From an uncultured virus (IMG/VR IMGVR_UViG_3300046507_000471) (taxonomy: Duplodnaviria > Heunggongvirae > Uroviricota > Caudoviricetes), in the IMG/VR virus record IMGVR_UViG_3300046507_000471: a DNA stretch of 64,000 nucleotides. One strand, given 5' to 3'. Shown in pieces: positions 47,587 to 58,120 of the stretch. The notes under the pieces were generated by a model that had not been told where the DNA came from, ran no database searches, and saw only the letters and a program-made list of their open reading frames with translations. A program made the position numbers and the translations under genes. Position 1 is the stretch's first letter. Every line of letters begins with the position of its first letter.

Positions 47587-48279
47587 TTAGAGGTTCATGA
47601 TATTGGACTTGTGATTTCCAAGCAAGCCCGTAATCGCTACGGCAACGCCGCCAACGATTGCGCACGTTGCAACGGTCAAGATTGACATTGCCACCGTCTT
47701 CTTTACTCGTTCGCCATGTTTATGCTTACGGTCAAGCTCTTCTTGCTCTTCTTCCGTAAGGCCTACCTCTTCGCCATGATCGTCATCATTTTTTGCGGCA
47801 TTGCGTGAGCCGCTATATTTCCCCTTAGGAGATTTATCTTGGTTTGCATTTCTACCGGCTGGAAGAAATGGGTCTTCGCTCTTTAAACTCATATCAGCCT
47901 CTTCACCTTTTTCATCACTGCACATAACCTGAAGCTGGCCGTCTTCGTTACTACTTACAGCTTCAACTCCGATGCCCCTCGGGTATATCCCCGCCTCGTG
48001 GTGTGCATCGTATAGGTTACCTACACTGCTTACAACAGGTACGTCCACCTCTACATCTACTGCCTGGAATACTACACCCTCGAACGGATTAGGTTCGGGG
48101 TTCCTCCTTTCCTTACGACGGACGTGACGGTTTGAGACATAACCGCCGATTGCATCTCGATCTCGTTTACCAAGGACGCTTCCAATTTCCAAAAGCTGGT
48201 CTTGCCAATCTTGAGATTGATTTGAAACCCCTGACATAGTCGGCCTCGGCTTGTTGATTTTCGAGTTCCTGTGGTTCAT
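47587..48279 (-). CDS. C-terminally membrane-anchored protein
   Basis: Charged body plus a TM helix near the C-terminus. Confidence 0.65.
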   Translation of the reverse strand: MNHRNSKINKPRPTMSGVSNQSQDWQDQLLEIGSVLGKRDRDAIGGYVSNRHVRRKERRNPEPNPFEGVVFQAVDVEVDVPVVSSVGNLYDAHHEAGIYPRGIGVEAVSSNEDGQLQVMCSDEKGEEADMSLKSEDPFLPAGRNANQDKSPKGKYSGSRNAAKNDDDHGEEVGLTEEEQEELDRKHKHGERVKKTVAMSILTVATCAIVGGVAVAITGLLGNHKSNIMNL

Positions 48280-48296
48280 ATATGTCAGGGTGGCCC

Positions 48297-48512
48297 CTAC
48301 CTCTGTGAGCGGGCAGAGTCAAGACCACTCGCCTTGGCTCTCGACGCCCGGTAATTCTCCTGGGCGATACCGGCGCTGTAACCGGCAATGACGGCCATCA
48401 ACGCAACCCCCGCTACGGTGAGAACACCTTTCAAGAAACCACCCACTACTTTCTCCGCGTTGAGTTCATCCCCGAACTCTTCATCGATGAACGGCTTTTC
48501 TTTGTACGCCAT
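48297..48512 (-). CDS. small membrane protein (start MAYKE at 48512)
   Basis: GGAG RBS; one TM helix. Confidence 0.6.
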   Translation of the reverse strand: MAYKEKPFIDEEFGDELNAEKVVGGFLKGVLTVAGVALMAVIAGYSAGIAQENYRASRAKASGLDSARSQR

Positions 48513-48989
48513 TTTTAAAACTCCAGATGAAACTACACCCGTTGTGAAACTTGTGTGATGAGCGGACTCTTCATTGAATCCGCCCATACATGGCCTGTTT
48601 AGAATTATTAGTGGTGTCTCAATGTGCGCCCTTCCTGGGAGACAAGCAGCACAGAAATTAAGAGCCCACCAACAACAACTCCAGCAGAGTGAACCATCTC
48701 TTTGAAGACGCTGCCAATAACTCTCGATGACTGTGCCTCTTTATCTGTGGTTCGGGGCTTGTGTTGGGACATGACTAACTCCTAAATAAGTGAAACGAAT
48801 ACTTGAATGTTGAGCGGAATCCGCACCTTTTAAAAGTAAGGGTTTTATTCGTTTTTAGTTATCTAATACTTACTACAATATACTTATACCAATAATCGAC
48901 CTTATTTGAGGAAACTAAAAAACCGGGTCGAGGTTCCCGGTTTCCCGGTGAAGGGAGGGAGCTGGATTTCTCCAGCGTCCCTGTACTGC

Positions 48990-49364
48990 TCACTCCGCGT
49001 CGATATGGATATCGGCGTGGTCCGTACCGGTGCTACCGACTGCCGTGCGGTTCATGCGGCTTTGCACGAGCAGCGTGCCACCGACACCGAGAGCTGCACC
49101 CGCTGCCAGACCAGCTGCAGCCAGGACAGTGCGGTTCATGTGGCGGAAGAATGCTCCGACACGACCTTCGCCTTCCACGATTGCCGCAGCGTCTTCGTAG
49201 CGACCGGCAGCCTTCTTGGCTTGACGGGCTTCTTGATGGAGACGGCGGTTTTCGAGTTCCAGCTCTTCTGCACGTTCACGGGCCATACGAACTTCGTCGG
49301 CCACGCCTTCGTTTTCCGTCTTGTTGCTTTCCGGCTTGCCTGCTTCGTGTTTTTGCGTCGTCAT
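48990..49364 (-). CDS. coiled-coil plus TM-helix protein
   Basis: AAGGAG RBS; tandem promoter motifs upstream; GC-rich codons. Confidence 0.72.
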   Translation of the reverse strand: MTTQKHEAGKPESNKTENEGVADEVRMARERAEELELENRRLHQEARQAKKAAGRYEDAAAIVEGEGRVGAFFRHMNRTVLAAAGLAAGAALGVGGTLLVQSRMNRTAVGSTGTDHADIHIDAE

Positions 49365-49537
49365 GGTGATGCTCCTTGAAAGGATTTGAATGGGAGGAAC
49401 CTACCTATTATTACACAGCACTTATACCAAGCTGCGACCCTGAAAATTGAATACCGCTTCTGATGGCCAAAAACAGTATGTCTTTCCGGTACTTTACTTA
49501 TACCAAGATCGACCTCAAAAAATTGAATTTTTACCAA

Positions 49538-49566
49538 TTGACTTGAACCAGGGGTCAGTTTAAAAT
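49538..49566 (+). promoter_or_regulatory. sigma70-like promoter
   Basis: TTGACT(49538-49543)-N17-TAAAAT(49561-49566), 27 bp before ATG 49594. Confidence 0.7.
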
Positions 49567-49593
49567 ACGGTTATCAATTAATCTGGCCCCGAC

Positions 49594-51489
49594 ATGTCAA
49601 ATAACGGCTTTTACACACCATATCAACCTCCTCCTATTCCTGGAACTTCCGGTGGCCTACCGGGAGCAGGCAATTTCGCAACTGCCGGAAGTCCGTGGTT
49701 CTCAGTATCAAATCAGTTTCTACCAAGAAATCTACATGATGTAATCAGATGGGCTAAATACATCACCGTTCAATCACCGGTGACGACTGAAGTCATACGT
49801 AAATTTGCAACGTACCCTATTACAGAGTTCGTTGTACGTACAAAATCAGAAGCTACAAAACGAAAGTACGAAGAAGTATTCAAAAGCTTCAAGCTTAAAT
49901 CAGCGCTTCACAATATCGGATTCGAATACTACACCATCGGTAACGTATTTATCTCGATTTACTTTCCTATTCATAGAACCCTGCATTGCCCATCTTGCAG
50001 TCAAGGTTTCAATGCTAAGAACGCTGAATTCACAAAATTCAAAACATATAAATTCGTGGGTGATTGCCCTCATTGTGGAGCCAAGGGAGTAACGTTTACT
50101 CGTAGAGATGCTAAGTCAAACAATGTTGAAGACATGAATCTGATTCAATGGGATCCGATCAATATCAACGTTAACTTCAACCCTATTACTGGTGAATACG
50201 AGTACTACTACAAGATCCCTAACGACGTTAAACGCAAAATTAGAGAAGGTGATAAGCTTTTTGTAAATAGTGTACCTTGGGGTTTCGTAGAAGCTGTAGA
50301 GAATAATCAAGACTTTAAGTTCGATAGAAATAATCTGTTCCATCTGCAAAATCTCTCAGCAGGTCAGCAGATTAACGGCGTTGCAGTTCCACCGCTTATC
50401 TCTCTGTTCTATCTTGTTTTCTATCAAGCAACGCTAAGAAAGGCTAACGAGTCTGTAGCAACTGACTTTATGTCTCCGCTTCGTGTGATTTTCCCGCAAG
50501 CTCAGACAGCAAACAGCGATCCTGTTTCACAGATCAGTCTACGTAACTTCGTTGAGCGTATGCAGGCTAATTTGGTCAAGCATAAGCAAGATAATAATCA
50601 CGTTGTAGTAGCGCCTGTTCCTATTGGATATCAAGCAATTAGCGGTGAGGGTAAGAGTCTTCTAGTAGCTTCAGAGATTCAACAAGCTGAAGATTCGATT
50701 CTTCTGGCTCTTGGCGTTTCACGAGAATTGCTAGCAGGTACGACTAACTGGACAAGTTCAACTACTGGACTACGTCTTCTAGAAAATACTATGCTTTGCT
50801 ACACAGGGCAGATCGGTGACTTAATTTCATGGATTATGTCTCGTGTATCGAAGTACTTGAACCTTGAAACTTGTGAAGTAGACCTTGCGCCGTTCAAGCT
50901 TACTGATGATCTTAACTTACAGCAAATGCTTATCCAAGCTGTCCAAAGTAATAATGGATCACTGTCTAGTCTGTACGAATCTTTTGGTATGAACTTTTCA
51001 GAAGAACTGGACAAAATGAGGGAAGACGCTATTAGTCGTGCAGTTAGCGAAGTCAAGACGAAGCTAGAAGTAGATCAAAGTACGTACTTGGCCGCTCGTG
51101 AAACAGGAGACAGCTTCGACCGTAACAATGATTACAAGACGGCTCTGGCTAAGGCTCAACAAATCGCTGAACAGCTTTATACTGCTGATGATGGTACAAA
51201 ACGTGCTATACTTAACCGTCTAAAATTAGAAGATTATGCGATGTTCATGTTAGTCGCTAAGCTTCTAGAAGAGTACGCAGAAAACCAGCAGGCACAAATG
51301 GCTATGCAACAGGTTGGTCCGGATGGCAAACCGATCCCAGGACAGCCTGGTCAAGCTCCAGGTGCTCCAGGCGGAGAGGAAGATTCTGCTGACGAACCCA
51401 CTAACGGAGCAGGGCAACCAGAACACCAAAATGGCTCTGGCGAAGAGAAGCAAAATGATACTTCCAGCGGCCCTGCTGCGCAACAGTAA
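49594..51489 (+). CDS. putative portal protein with a CxxC...CxxC insertion
   Basis: Size, LFHL...GVAVPPL pattern, helical body and P/G/Q/E-rich tail are portal-like; not confirmed. Confidence 0.5.
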   Translation: MSNNGFYTPYQPPPIPGTSGGLPGAGNFATAGSPWFSVSNQFLPRNLHDVIRWAKYITVQSPVTTEVIRKFATYPITEFVVRTKSEATKRKYEEVFKSFKLKSALHNIGFEYYTIGNVFISIYFPIHRTLHCPSCSQGFNAKNAEFTKFKTYKFVGDCPHCGAKGVTFTRRDAKSNNVEDMNLIQWDPININVNFNPITGEYEYYYKIPNDVKRKIREGDKLFVNSVPWGFVEAVENNQDFKFDRNNLFHLQNLSAGQQINGVAVPPLISLFYLVFYQATLRKANESVATDFMSPLRVIFPQAQTANSDPVSQISLRNFVERMQANLVKHKQDNNHVVVAPVPIGYQAISGEGKSLLVASEIQQAEDSILLALGVSRELLAGTTNWTSSTTGLRLLENTMLCYTGQIGDLISWIMSRVSKYLNLETCEVDLAPFKLTDDLNLQQMLIQAVQSNNGSLSSLYESFGMNFSEELDKMREDAISRAVSEVKTKLEVDQSTYLAARETGDSFDRNNDYKTALAKAQQIAEQLYTADDGTKRAILNRLKLEDYAMFMLVAKLLEEYAENQQAQMAMQQVGPDGKPIPGQPGQAPGAPGGEEDSADEPTNGAGQPEHQNGSGEEKQNDTSSGPAAQQ

Positions 51490-51499
51490 AGGAAATTAA

Positions 51500-51796
51500 A
51501 TGGCTTCAAAAGATGGCGTTACAAATGGAATCATCACAGCTGAACCAATGGCGTTTCCGGGCTTCGGCCCGAAACCGGTCGATGAAAGTGATTTCAAGAA
51601 CTATTCAGTAAAATACGCACAGATCGACATTATGGATCCAGGCTCACGAGCTGAGCTTGAAATCATAGAAACCAAAGCAGTTAAAGGACAAGGTATTATT
51701 ATTCTGACTAAGGATAAATTTACCTTTATGGACAAATACTATATGGTAGTGAGCTACCTGCAATTAGAGACACGAGATGCCGACACCAGCCGATAA
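51500..51796 (+). CDS. hypothetical protein
   Basis: AAGGAA RBS; overlaps the start of the RNAP gene. Confidence 0.7.
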   Translation: MASKDGVTNGIITAEPMAFPGFGPKPVDESDFKNYSVKYAQIDIMDPGSRAELEIIETKAVKGQGIIILTKDKFTFMDKYYMVVSYLQLETRDADTSR

Positions 51797-54700
51797 TCTA
51801 CAACTTATCTTTTCATCGCCTAAGGAAATTCGCCAACGTGTGGATGCTTCCTTAATGCAAGGCATCGCTTCTCAATTCCCTATCGAGGGTAAGAATTATG
51901 TTCTTACTCTTGAAGATATTCGCACCGAACCAAAAGAGTTCACTCACCTTGATGAGAAAGATGCGATTCTTAAATCAAAGTCTCTTGCATATCCTATTCG
52001 TGGTCACATCAAACTGATCGACAAGGCTACTGGCAAAGTAATTGATGAGAATAAGAATTTCTCTTTGATGGATGCATTCCACATTACTCCAAAGCACACG
52101 ATGCTTTATAAGGGTAATAACTACTCAGTAGCAAATCAGCTCCAGCTTAACCCTGGAGTTTATACTCGTAGTAAAGAAACTGGCGAACTAGAGTCTCACT
52201 TCAACACTGGCTCAGGTCGAAGCTTCTCCATTACGCTTGATCCACAGACATTCCAGTTTTCAGTACATCCTGCAAGCTCGTCTTCAACTATTCCTCTTGG
52301 ACCGTTGGTCTCAAGAGTTTTTGGCATTGGTCCCAAAGAAGTAAGTCAGTATGTTCCTGCGCAGGTTTGGGAAGCCAACCTTGCTTCCTCAGCAGGGAAA
52401 GAGCAAAAGATCATCAATGATCTATACAGCAAGCTAGTGTCAACTGGTAAGCAAAAGCCAACAGCCAGTACAGAAGAAAAGATCATGCAACTCCGTGAAT
52501 CAATGGAAGCATCGTCTCTTTCTCCGCAAACAACTTTGGTTACGCTAGGAAAGTCACTTGGTTCAGTTAATTCTGAATCGATTCTACGTGCTATGAAGAA
52601 CCTTGTTCAAGTACACGCAGGTGACCGTGAAGAAGATAATCGAGATTCTCTGCAATTTAAACGTGTTCAGAATCTGCCCGACTTCATCCGTACTCGTTTC
52701 AGCAAGCACGAAATGCTCCCAAGCATCCGTCGTAAGCTTCTAGCAGGCCTTGACAAGACCAAGAATCCATCCCTGCGTGACGTAGTGGTCAGCAAGCCCT
52801 ATAACAAGGTTATGACGGGCTACATCATCGATTCTAACCTGGTATCTACTCCTTCGGAAACGAACCCGCTAGAGAGCCTGGAAAGCGTCGGAAAGGTCAC
52901 TGTACTAGGTGCCGGTGAAGGCGGTATTGCTTCAGACCGTGGCGTACCTATGTCAGCACGAGATATCGACCCATCTCACCTTGGCATTATCGATCCTAGC
53001 CGTACGCCGGAATCAGGTCACGCTGGTATTGACCAACGTTTCACTATTTCCGCTCGTCGTGATGATAGTGGAAATCTGTATTCACGAGTTCTTGATAAAC
53101 AAGGAAAGCAACATTACCTGTCAGTGCAGGAAATGATGACAAGCACAATCGGCTTTCCACATCAAGAAGGCAAGAAAACAGTACAAGCTCAGGTTCGGGG
53201 TGCGCTTAAAGAAGTTCCTGTAAACCAAGTAGATTACTGGCTTGCAGATACGACAGACATGTACACGATTACGACTAACCTCGTACCGTTCTTGAATAGT
53301 AATCACCCTGGCCGTCTAACGATGGCAGGTAAAGCTATTCCCCAGGCGCTTTCACTTGTTAATCGTGAGAAGCCTCTTGTACAGACTGTTACTGGTGGTG
53401 GAGTAAGTTTCACTAAGGCAATCGGCAACGTTATTAGCACGATTGCACCTGTAGCTGGAACAATCACAAACGTCACCAAGTCACAAATCCATATCAAAGA
53501 CGACGTAGATGGCCGTACTCACAAAGTAGATCTAGTTAAAAATCTACCGTTCAACATGAAGGGTTTCCTTGATGATGAAAAGCCTCTCGTTAAGGTTGGC
53601 GATAGAGTTGCAGATGGTCAGCCTATTTCTGATAACAACTACACAGTTGACGGAGAACTAGCGCTGGGTAAAAATCTTGAAGTTGCGTACATGCCGTATA
53701 AGGGCTACAACCACGAAGACGGTTTGGTAATTAGCCGTTCATGTGCTGATAGTCTAAGCAGCCATCACGCATATAAGGTTGACTATGCAGTACAGCCTAT
53801 CTCAACTATGAGCAAGACTTTGCTAGCTCGCCACTTCCCGGGCAGGTTCACTAAAGAACAGCTTGAGAAACTAGATGAACGTGGCTTTGCTAAGGTGGGT
53901 GCAACTATGAATCACGGCGATCCAGTGTATGCTGTGCTTGAAAAACGTGAGCCTACGTCAGAAGACCGAATGCTTGCACGTCTTCACAAATCGCTGGTAA
54001 ATCCTTACCGAGTAGTTAGCGAAGCTTGGACTCATGAAGAGAATGGTACTGTAGTAGATGCACATACTGAAGGCAAGAATATTCGTCTTCTAGTACGTTC
54101 AGTTAAGCCGCTTGAGATTGGCGATAAGTTAACAGGACTTCATGGTAATAAAGGTATTGTTTCACTGATTCTTTCTGATAACGAAATGCCGTTCAAGAAA
54201 GAGACTGGCGCTCCGGTTGATATTCTGCTTAACCCCGCTTCAGTAACTTCACGTATTAACTTGGGTCAGCTTATGGAAACTGCTGCTGGCAAGATTGCTA
54301 AGGTGACTGGGAAACCTTACTTTGTGCATAACTTTGCCAAGTCAAGCAACGTTTCTCAGCTTAAGAGTGAACTTGATAAACTAGGCGTAAGCGACACTGA
54401 TATGATGGTGGATCCTAAGACTGGTAAAGATCTAGGCAAGATTCTTACAGGCCCTCAGTACTTTCTGAAGCTGTACAAGACTACCGACCAAAACTGGTCA
54501 GCTCGTAACGTTGGAAGCTACGATAATGTACTTCAACCTACGAAGGGCGGTGAAGAAGGCTCTAAGTCAGTTGGGTACATGGAAATGCTTGGTCTTCTTG
54601 GCTCAAATGCTCGTAAGAACCTTAAGGAAATCTCGACGCTTAAGTCACAGGAAAACTCAGAGTACTGGGCTAAGTTTAGATCTGGTCAAGCTTTGCCAAA

Positions 54701-55181
54701 ACCTAAGATGACATTTTCAACTCAGAAGTTCTTTGATTATCTGAGTGGGTCTGGTATCAAGACAAGCATTAAAGACGGTAAGCTGACAATATCTCCTATG
54801 ACAGACCAAGACATTCTAGGTATGTCAAATGGCAAGATTCTTTCACCAGAACTTCTGAGTGCCAAGAATCTTGAACCTGAAAAGGGTGGTTTGTACGATC
54901 CAGGTACGACAGGTGGATTAAGAGGTAAGCAGTGGACACACTACGAACTAGCAGAATCCTTACCAAACCCAGTGTTTGAACGGCCTATTAAGAGTCTTCT
55001 AGGCCTGAAGTCAAGCGAGTTCGACGGTATTATCCAAGGCTCAATCGGTATCAAGAAGTTGGATGATGGTTCATTTGCTCTGCACAATACGTCGAACGGT
55101 CAGCACATTAAAACTATAAAAGTGAATAGTGCTAACATAAGTAGCGAAGCGGAAGGGCATAATGATCACGAATCCCAATAG
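51777..55181 (+). CDS. rpoB: RNA polymerase beta subunit fused to the N-terminal segment of beta'
   Basis: beta: RTPESGHAG, LVPFLNSN..GRLTM, GYNHEDG, GDKLTGLHGNKG, LNPASVTSRINLGQ, YFLKL, GYMEM; beta'-like tail from ~54780: PEKGGLYDP...HYELAESLPNP. Confidence 0.92.
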   Translation: MPTPADNLQLIFSSPKEIRQRVDASLMQGIASQFPIEGKNYVLTLEDIRTEPKEFTHLDEKDAILKSKSLAYPIRGHIKLIDKATGKVIDENKNFSLMDAFHITPKHTMLYKGNNYSVANQLQLNPGVYTRSKETGELESHFNTGSGRSFSITLDPQTFQFSVHPASSSSTIPLGPLVSRVFGIGPKEVSQYVPAQVWEANLASSAGKEQKIINDLYSKLVSTGKQKPTASTEEKIMQLRESMEASSLSPQTTLVTLGKSLGSVNSESILRAMKNLVQVHAGDREEDNRDSLQFKRVQNLPDFIRTRFSKHEMLPSIRRKLLAGLDKTKNPSLRDVVVSKPYNKVMTGYIIDSNLVSTPSETNPLESLESVGKVTVLGAGEGGIASDRGVPMSARDIDPSHLGIIDPSRTPESGHAGIDQRFTISARRDDSGNLYSRVLDKQGKQHYLSVQEMMTSTIGFPHQEGKKTVQAQVRGALKEVPVNQVDYWLADTTDMYTITTNLVPFLNSNHPGRLTMAGKAIPQALSLVNREKPLVQTVTGGGVSFTKAIGNVISTIAPVAGTITNVTKSQIHIKDDVDGRTHKVDLVKNLPFNMKGFLDDEKPLVKVGDRVADGQPISDNNYTVDGELALGKNLEVAYMPYKGYNHEDGLVISRSCADSLSSHHAYKVDYAVQPISTMSKTLLARHFPGRFTKEQLEKLDERGFAKVGATMNHGDPVYAVLEKREPTSEDRMLARLHKSLVNPYRVVSEAWTHEENGTVVDAHTEGKNIRLLVRSVKPLEIGDKLTGLHGNKGIVSLILSDNEMPFKKETGAPVDILLNPASVTSRINLGQLMETAAGKIAKVTGKPYFVHNFAKSSNVSQLKSELDKLGVSDTDMMVDPKTGKDLGKILTGPQYFLKLYKTTDQNWSARNVGSYDNVLQPTKGGEEGSKSVGYMEMLGLLGSNARKNLKEISTLKSQENSEYWAKFRSGQALPKPKMTFSTQKFFDYLSGSGIKTSIKDGKLTISPMTDQDILGMSNGKILSPELLSAKNLEPEKGGLYDPGTTGGLRGKQWTHYELAESLPNPVFERPIKSLLGLKSSEFDGIIQGSIGIKKLDDGSFALHNTSNGQHIKTIKVNSANISSEAEGHNDHESQ

Positions 55182-55533
55182 GTTTATACGGGGACTATCT
55201 GACCTTGCTGAAATCGTAGATGATGAATACGATATAGATCAGATAGTAACTACACCTCCTGCCACTCCGGTAGGGGTTGTAGCTCCACCGACATCAGCTG
55301 GAGATAGGTCTGAACCATCATCGTTTACCCTAGAGCAAGCAGAGTTTACTCTGTCTGCAGACGGTGCTCAAAACCTATCCTTACCTGATTCCCCGACGGC
55401 GGGAACAATGCTGTTTATAAATGGATTTCTCCAATCCAGAACGGCTTATGAAGTCATAAATAATGTATTGGTATTGCCAGAGTCTTTAGATCTGTATACC
55501 GATGACCTTATCATGCTGACTTATATAAAATAA
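55162..55533 (+). CDS. probable structural protein
   Basis: LFINGFLQ..AYEV motif resembles the C-terminal domain of 55606..56703. Confidence 0.6.
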   Translation: MITNPNRFIRGLSDLAEIVDDEYDIDQIVTTPPATPVGVVAPPTSAGDRSEPSSFTLEQAEFTLSADGAQNLSLPDSPTAGTMLFINGFLQSRTAYEVINNVLVLPESLDLYTDDLIMLTYIK

Positions 55534-55605
55534 GCAAAAGTTAAAATACATTTTGTAAGCTAAGGTCCAGCTACTATCGGGCCTCTTTTAAAAGGAGAGC
55601 CACAA

Positions 55606-56703
55606 ATGGCTCAAACACTAATTCGGGGCGGTTCTCAGATAATGGCTGGATCTATTCCAGCATCAGCGCTAGTCTCCGGTCTAAATCTTCCAACATCTCA
55701 ACTTCAAGACGGTGCTTCGTTTATTCGTTCAACCGGTACTGTCTCTATGGCTGCTTCCCTTAATATGGGTGGCTTCTCAATTACCAACGTTGGTACACCT
55801 ACAAACGGAACTGACGTAGCTAGCAAATCATATGTTGATGCTCTAGCTAATGGTCTAAGTTTCAAAAACGCAGTTAGAGCACTTGCAGCTTCAAATATTA
55901 CACTTAGCGGCACGCAGACTATCGACGGAGTTTCCCTCGTATCTGGTGACCGTGTTCTTGCAACTGCTCAAACAACAGGTTCGCAGAATGGTCTTTGGGT
56001 TGTTCAAAGCACTGCTTGGACTCGTCCTACTGACTGGGCGGCAGCAAGTGTTCAAAAAGAAGGGGCTTACGTTCTAGTTGAACCAGAAGGCACGACATAT
56101 AAGAACTCAAAGTGGTTCTGTACCACAGTTACAAACGTAACAGTCGATACTACGTCTAATACCTGGTCACAAGACACTTCAGGCGCATCTTACAGCAACG
56201 GTCAAGGTCTTAGCCTAACTGGTTCTTCATTTGCTGTTAAAAACGGTAATGGTATTGGCTTCGATGGTTCTAACAACGTTCAAGTAGTTGCTGCATCTGG
56301 TGGCCTACTAACTGTAGCTGCTGGCGGAGTCGGTATTTCTGCCTCAAGCACTTCTGCACAGCTTATCGTATCAAATGGTTCTAACCAGCCTACTTGGGTA
56401 AGCGCTTCAGGTGATGTAACTATTTCTACCGCTGGTGCAATGACCGTCAATAATAATGCAGGTACTGGATTCCTGAAATATGGCAATCAAGTAAATAACG
56501 AGACTCCGACTGGAACTATTAACGGTGTAAACACTTCGTTTGCTCTTGCAAATGCCCCTCAAGTTTTATCGCTTGAACTGTTCTTGAATGGTATGCTACT
56601 TGAACCTGGTGCAGGAAACGATTATACTATTAGCGGGACGGCTATCACTATGCTGTTCGCTCCGTTGACCGGAGACAAGCTAAGAGCATATTACTGGAAA
56701 TGA
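55606..56703 (+). CDS. virion fibre / decoration-type protein
   Basis: TNVGTPT..TDVASKSYVD; LSGTQTIDGV...GDRVL..Q....NGLW; ETPTGTINGVN...FLNGMLL...DYTISG. Confidence 0.75.
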   Translation: MAQTLIRGGSQIMAGSIPASALVSGLNLPTSQLQDGASFIRSTGTVSMAASLNMGGFSITNVGTPTNGTDVASKSYVDALANGLSFKNAVRALAASNITLSGTQTIDGVSLVSGDRVLATAQTTGSQNGLWVVQSTAWTRPTDWAAASVQKEGAYVLVEPEGTTYKNSKWFCTTVTNVTVDTTSNTWSQDTSGASYSNGQGLSLTGSSFAVKNGNGIGFDGSNNVQVVAASGGLLTVAAGGVGISASSTSAQLIVSNGSNQPTWVSASGDVTISTAGAMTVNNNAGTGFLKYGNQVNNETPTGTINGVNTSFALANAPQVLSLELFLNGMLLEPGAGNDYTISGTAITMLFAPLTGDKLRAYYWK

Positions 56704-56939
56704 CAGATAACACTCAAGTTGTACCAGAACAAAGCGCCTGGCTCGGAAAGATGCAAAACGAGCTGGGCGTTTTATATTCTAACGTATGGATGTTAGAAAT
56801 TCAGAAAGAACGTCTTACACAAAGAGTTCTACAGGATGCTGAGTTAATCAGCCTTCTCAAGGAAAGAATTCTAAAATTAGAAGAGTCTAATACAGAGCTG
56901 AAAGAGATGATTCAGCCTGAACGTAAAACGAGAAAATAA
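56700..56939 (+). CDS. small coiled-coil protein (possible fibre chaperone)
   Basis: Heptad-rich; coupled to both neighbours. Confidence 0.6.
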   Translation: MTDNTQVVPEQSAWLGKMQNELGVLYSNVWMLEIQKERLTQRVLQDAELISLLKERILKLEESNTELKEMIQPERKTRK

Positions 56940-57473
56940 ATGGCACGTACACAGCTTAATCTTGGGGCACAAGGCGCAGATGGAACAGTACTTAGAACTG
57001 ATTTAAACACTACTACGGCAGGAAGCGCGCTTATTACTAAGGTAATAGCTGGTACTGGTATTACTTTTAGTTGGACAGGCGCTGATGAAGGAACTGGGGA
57101 CGTAACTATAAATACAGCTGGAGGTGGTGGCAGCGTACCGTTCGATGTTATTTTGTTCGTGCAGGGAAGTTTTGCAAATACCGAAACACTAGCATCTATA
57201 AATATACGTCGAGCATTCTCTTTCCCATCTGGATTAACGGGAAGTAGAGTTGATTCTAAAACTGCTGCTACGGCATCAACAACTATCACTTTTACTAAAA
57301 ACGGTTCTTCGATTGGTACTGCTGTATTCGCAGCCAGTGGAACAGTAGCTACTTTAACTTTTGTTTCTGCAGTAAGTTTTGCAATAGGTGACGTATTTGA
57401 AATAGTAGGCCCTATATCGGCTGATGCTACTCTTGCAAACGTCAGATTTAACCTTCTAGGAACTCTATCATAA
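56940..57473 (+). CDS. probable structural protein
   Basis: KVIAGTGIT...GTGDVTIN fibre-like linker; T/A/S-rich. Confidence 0.65.
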   Translation: MARTQLNLGAQGADGTVLRTDLNTTTAGSALITKVIAGTGITFSWTGADEGTGDVTINTAGGGGSVPFDVILFVQGSFANTETLASINIRRAFSFPSGLTGSRVDSKTAATASTTITFTKNGSSIGTAVFAASGTVATLTFVSAVSFAIGDVFEIVGPISADATLANVRFNLLGTLS

Positions 57474-58102
57474 TGGGTACTTTAAGCGGATCGGTTACAG
57501 CTTGTACTGGAACTGAGGTATTCAATCTTACAACTCCTGCTCAAACAGACTGGATAGAATTTCCTCAATCTGCTACGGCGCCTAATCGTAAGAGCGGTGC
57601 AGGCTCAACAATAAGCTTACCGACTATTCTGGGTACAAGCGCTTCCTTTGCTGGCTTCAATTTCGGCTTAGGCTATACTTGGACTGGAGGAACCCCTCTA
57701 GCATCGGGAACTTCTAAACGTGAAGGTACTTTCGTATCTCCTGCAAGCGACTCTATACCGGGTCAAGGGTTTAGCATTTCATTTCCGGCAGACACTACTC
57801 CTAGAACAGCAGTTATATATTGGGGAGTTTCAAGTGGAGCTTCAAGATTAGTAGCTACTCTTTCTGACGGAAGTACTCCAGTGCTTACTCAAAACCAGGC
57901 ATTGACACAAAACACTGGATATTGGTTTTCCACCATTACTTACAGTGCAAATTCTCCAAAGCAAACTTTGAAATTAGATATAACTCTTACTCAGACTGAT
58001 TCAGGAGGAGGAGGTAATGTATGGATAGGTGCAGCAAAGTACTTGAATGCAGCGTACACAGGCCCTGCTAGAGCAAGAAGAACACTAATGATGAACGGCT
58101 AA
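57473..58102 (+). CDS. probable structural protein
   Basis: T/S/G-rich beta composition. Confidence 0.6.
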   Translation: MGTLSGSVTACTGTEVFNLTTPAQTDWIEFPQSATAPNRKSGAGSTISLPTILGTSASFAGFNFGLGYTWTGGTPLASGTSKREGTFVSPASDSIPGQGFSISFPADTTPRTAVIYWGVSSGASRLVATLSDGSTPVLTQNQALTQNTGYWFSTITYSANSPKQTLKLDITLTQTDSGGGGNVWIGAAKYLNAAYTGPARARRTLMMNG

Positions 58103-58120
58103 CATCTTAAAATTTGAATC

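Noticed and set aside
49421..49530. Two ~32-bp direct repeats 76 bp apart as a mini CRISPR array
   Set aside because: Only two divergent copies, each containing the genome-wide promoter motif; no cas genes in the window.
55162..58102. Self-splicing intron or intein interrupting beta'
   Set aside because: The block holds five ordinary ORFs; no group I/II intron or intein signature was seen, and the downstream beta' fragment has its own ATG.
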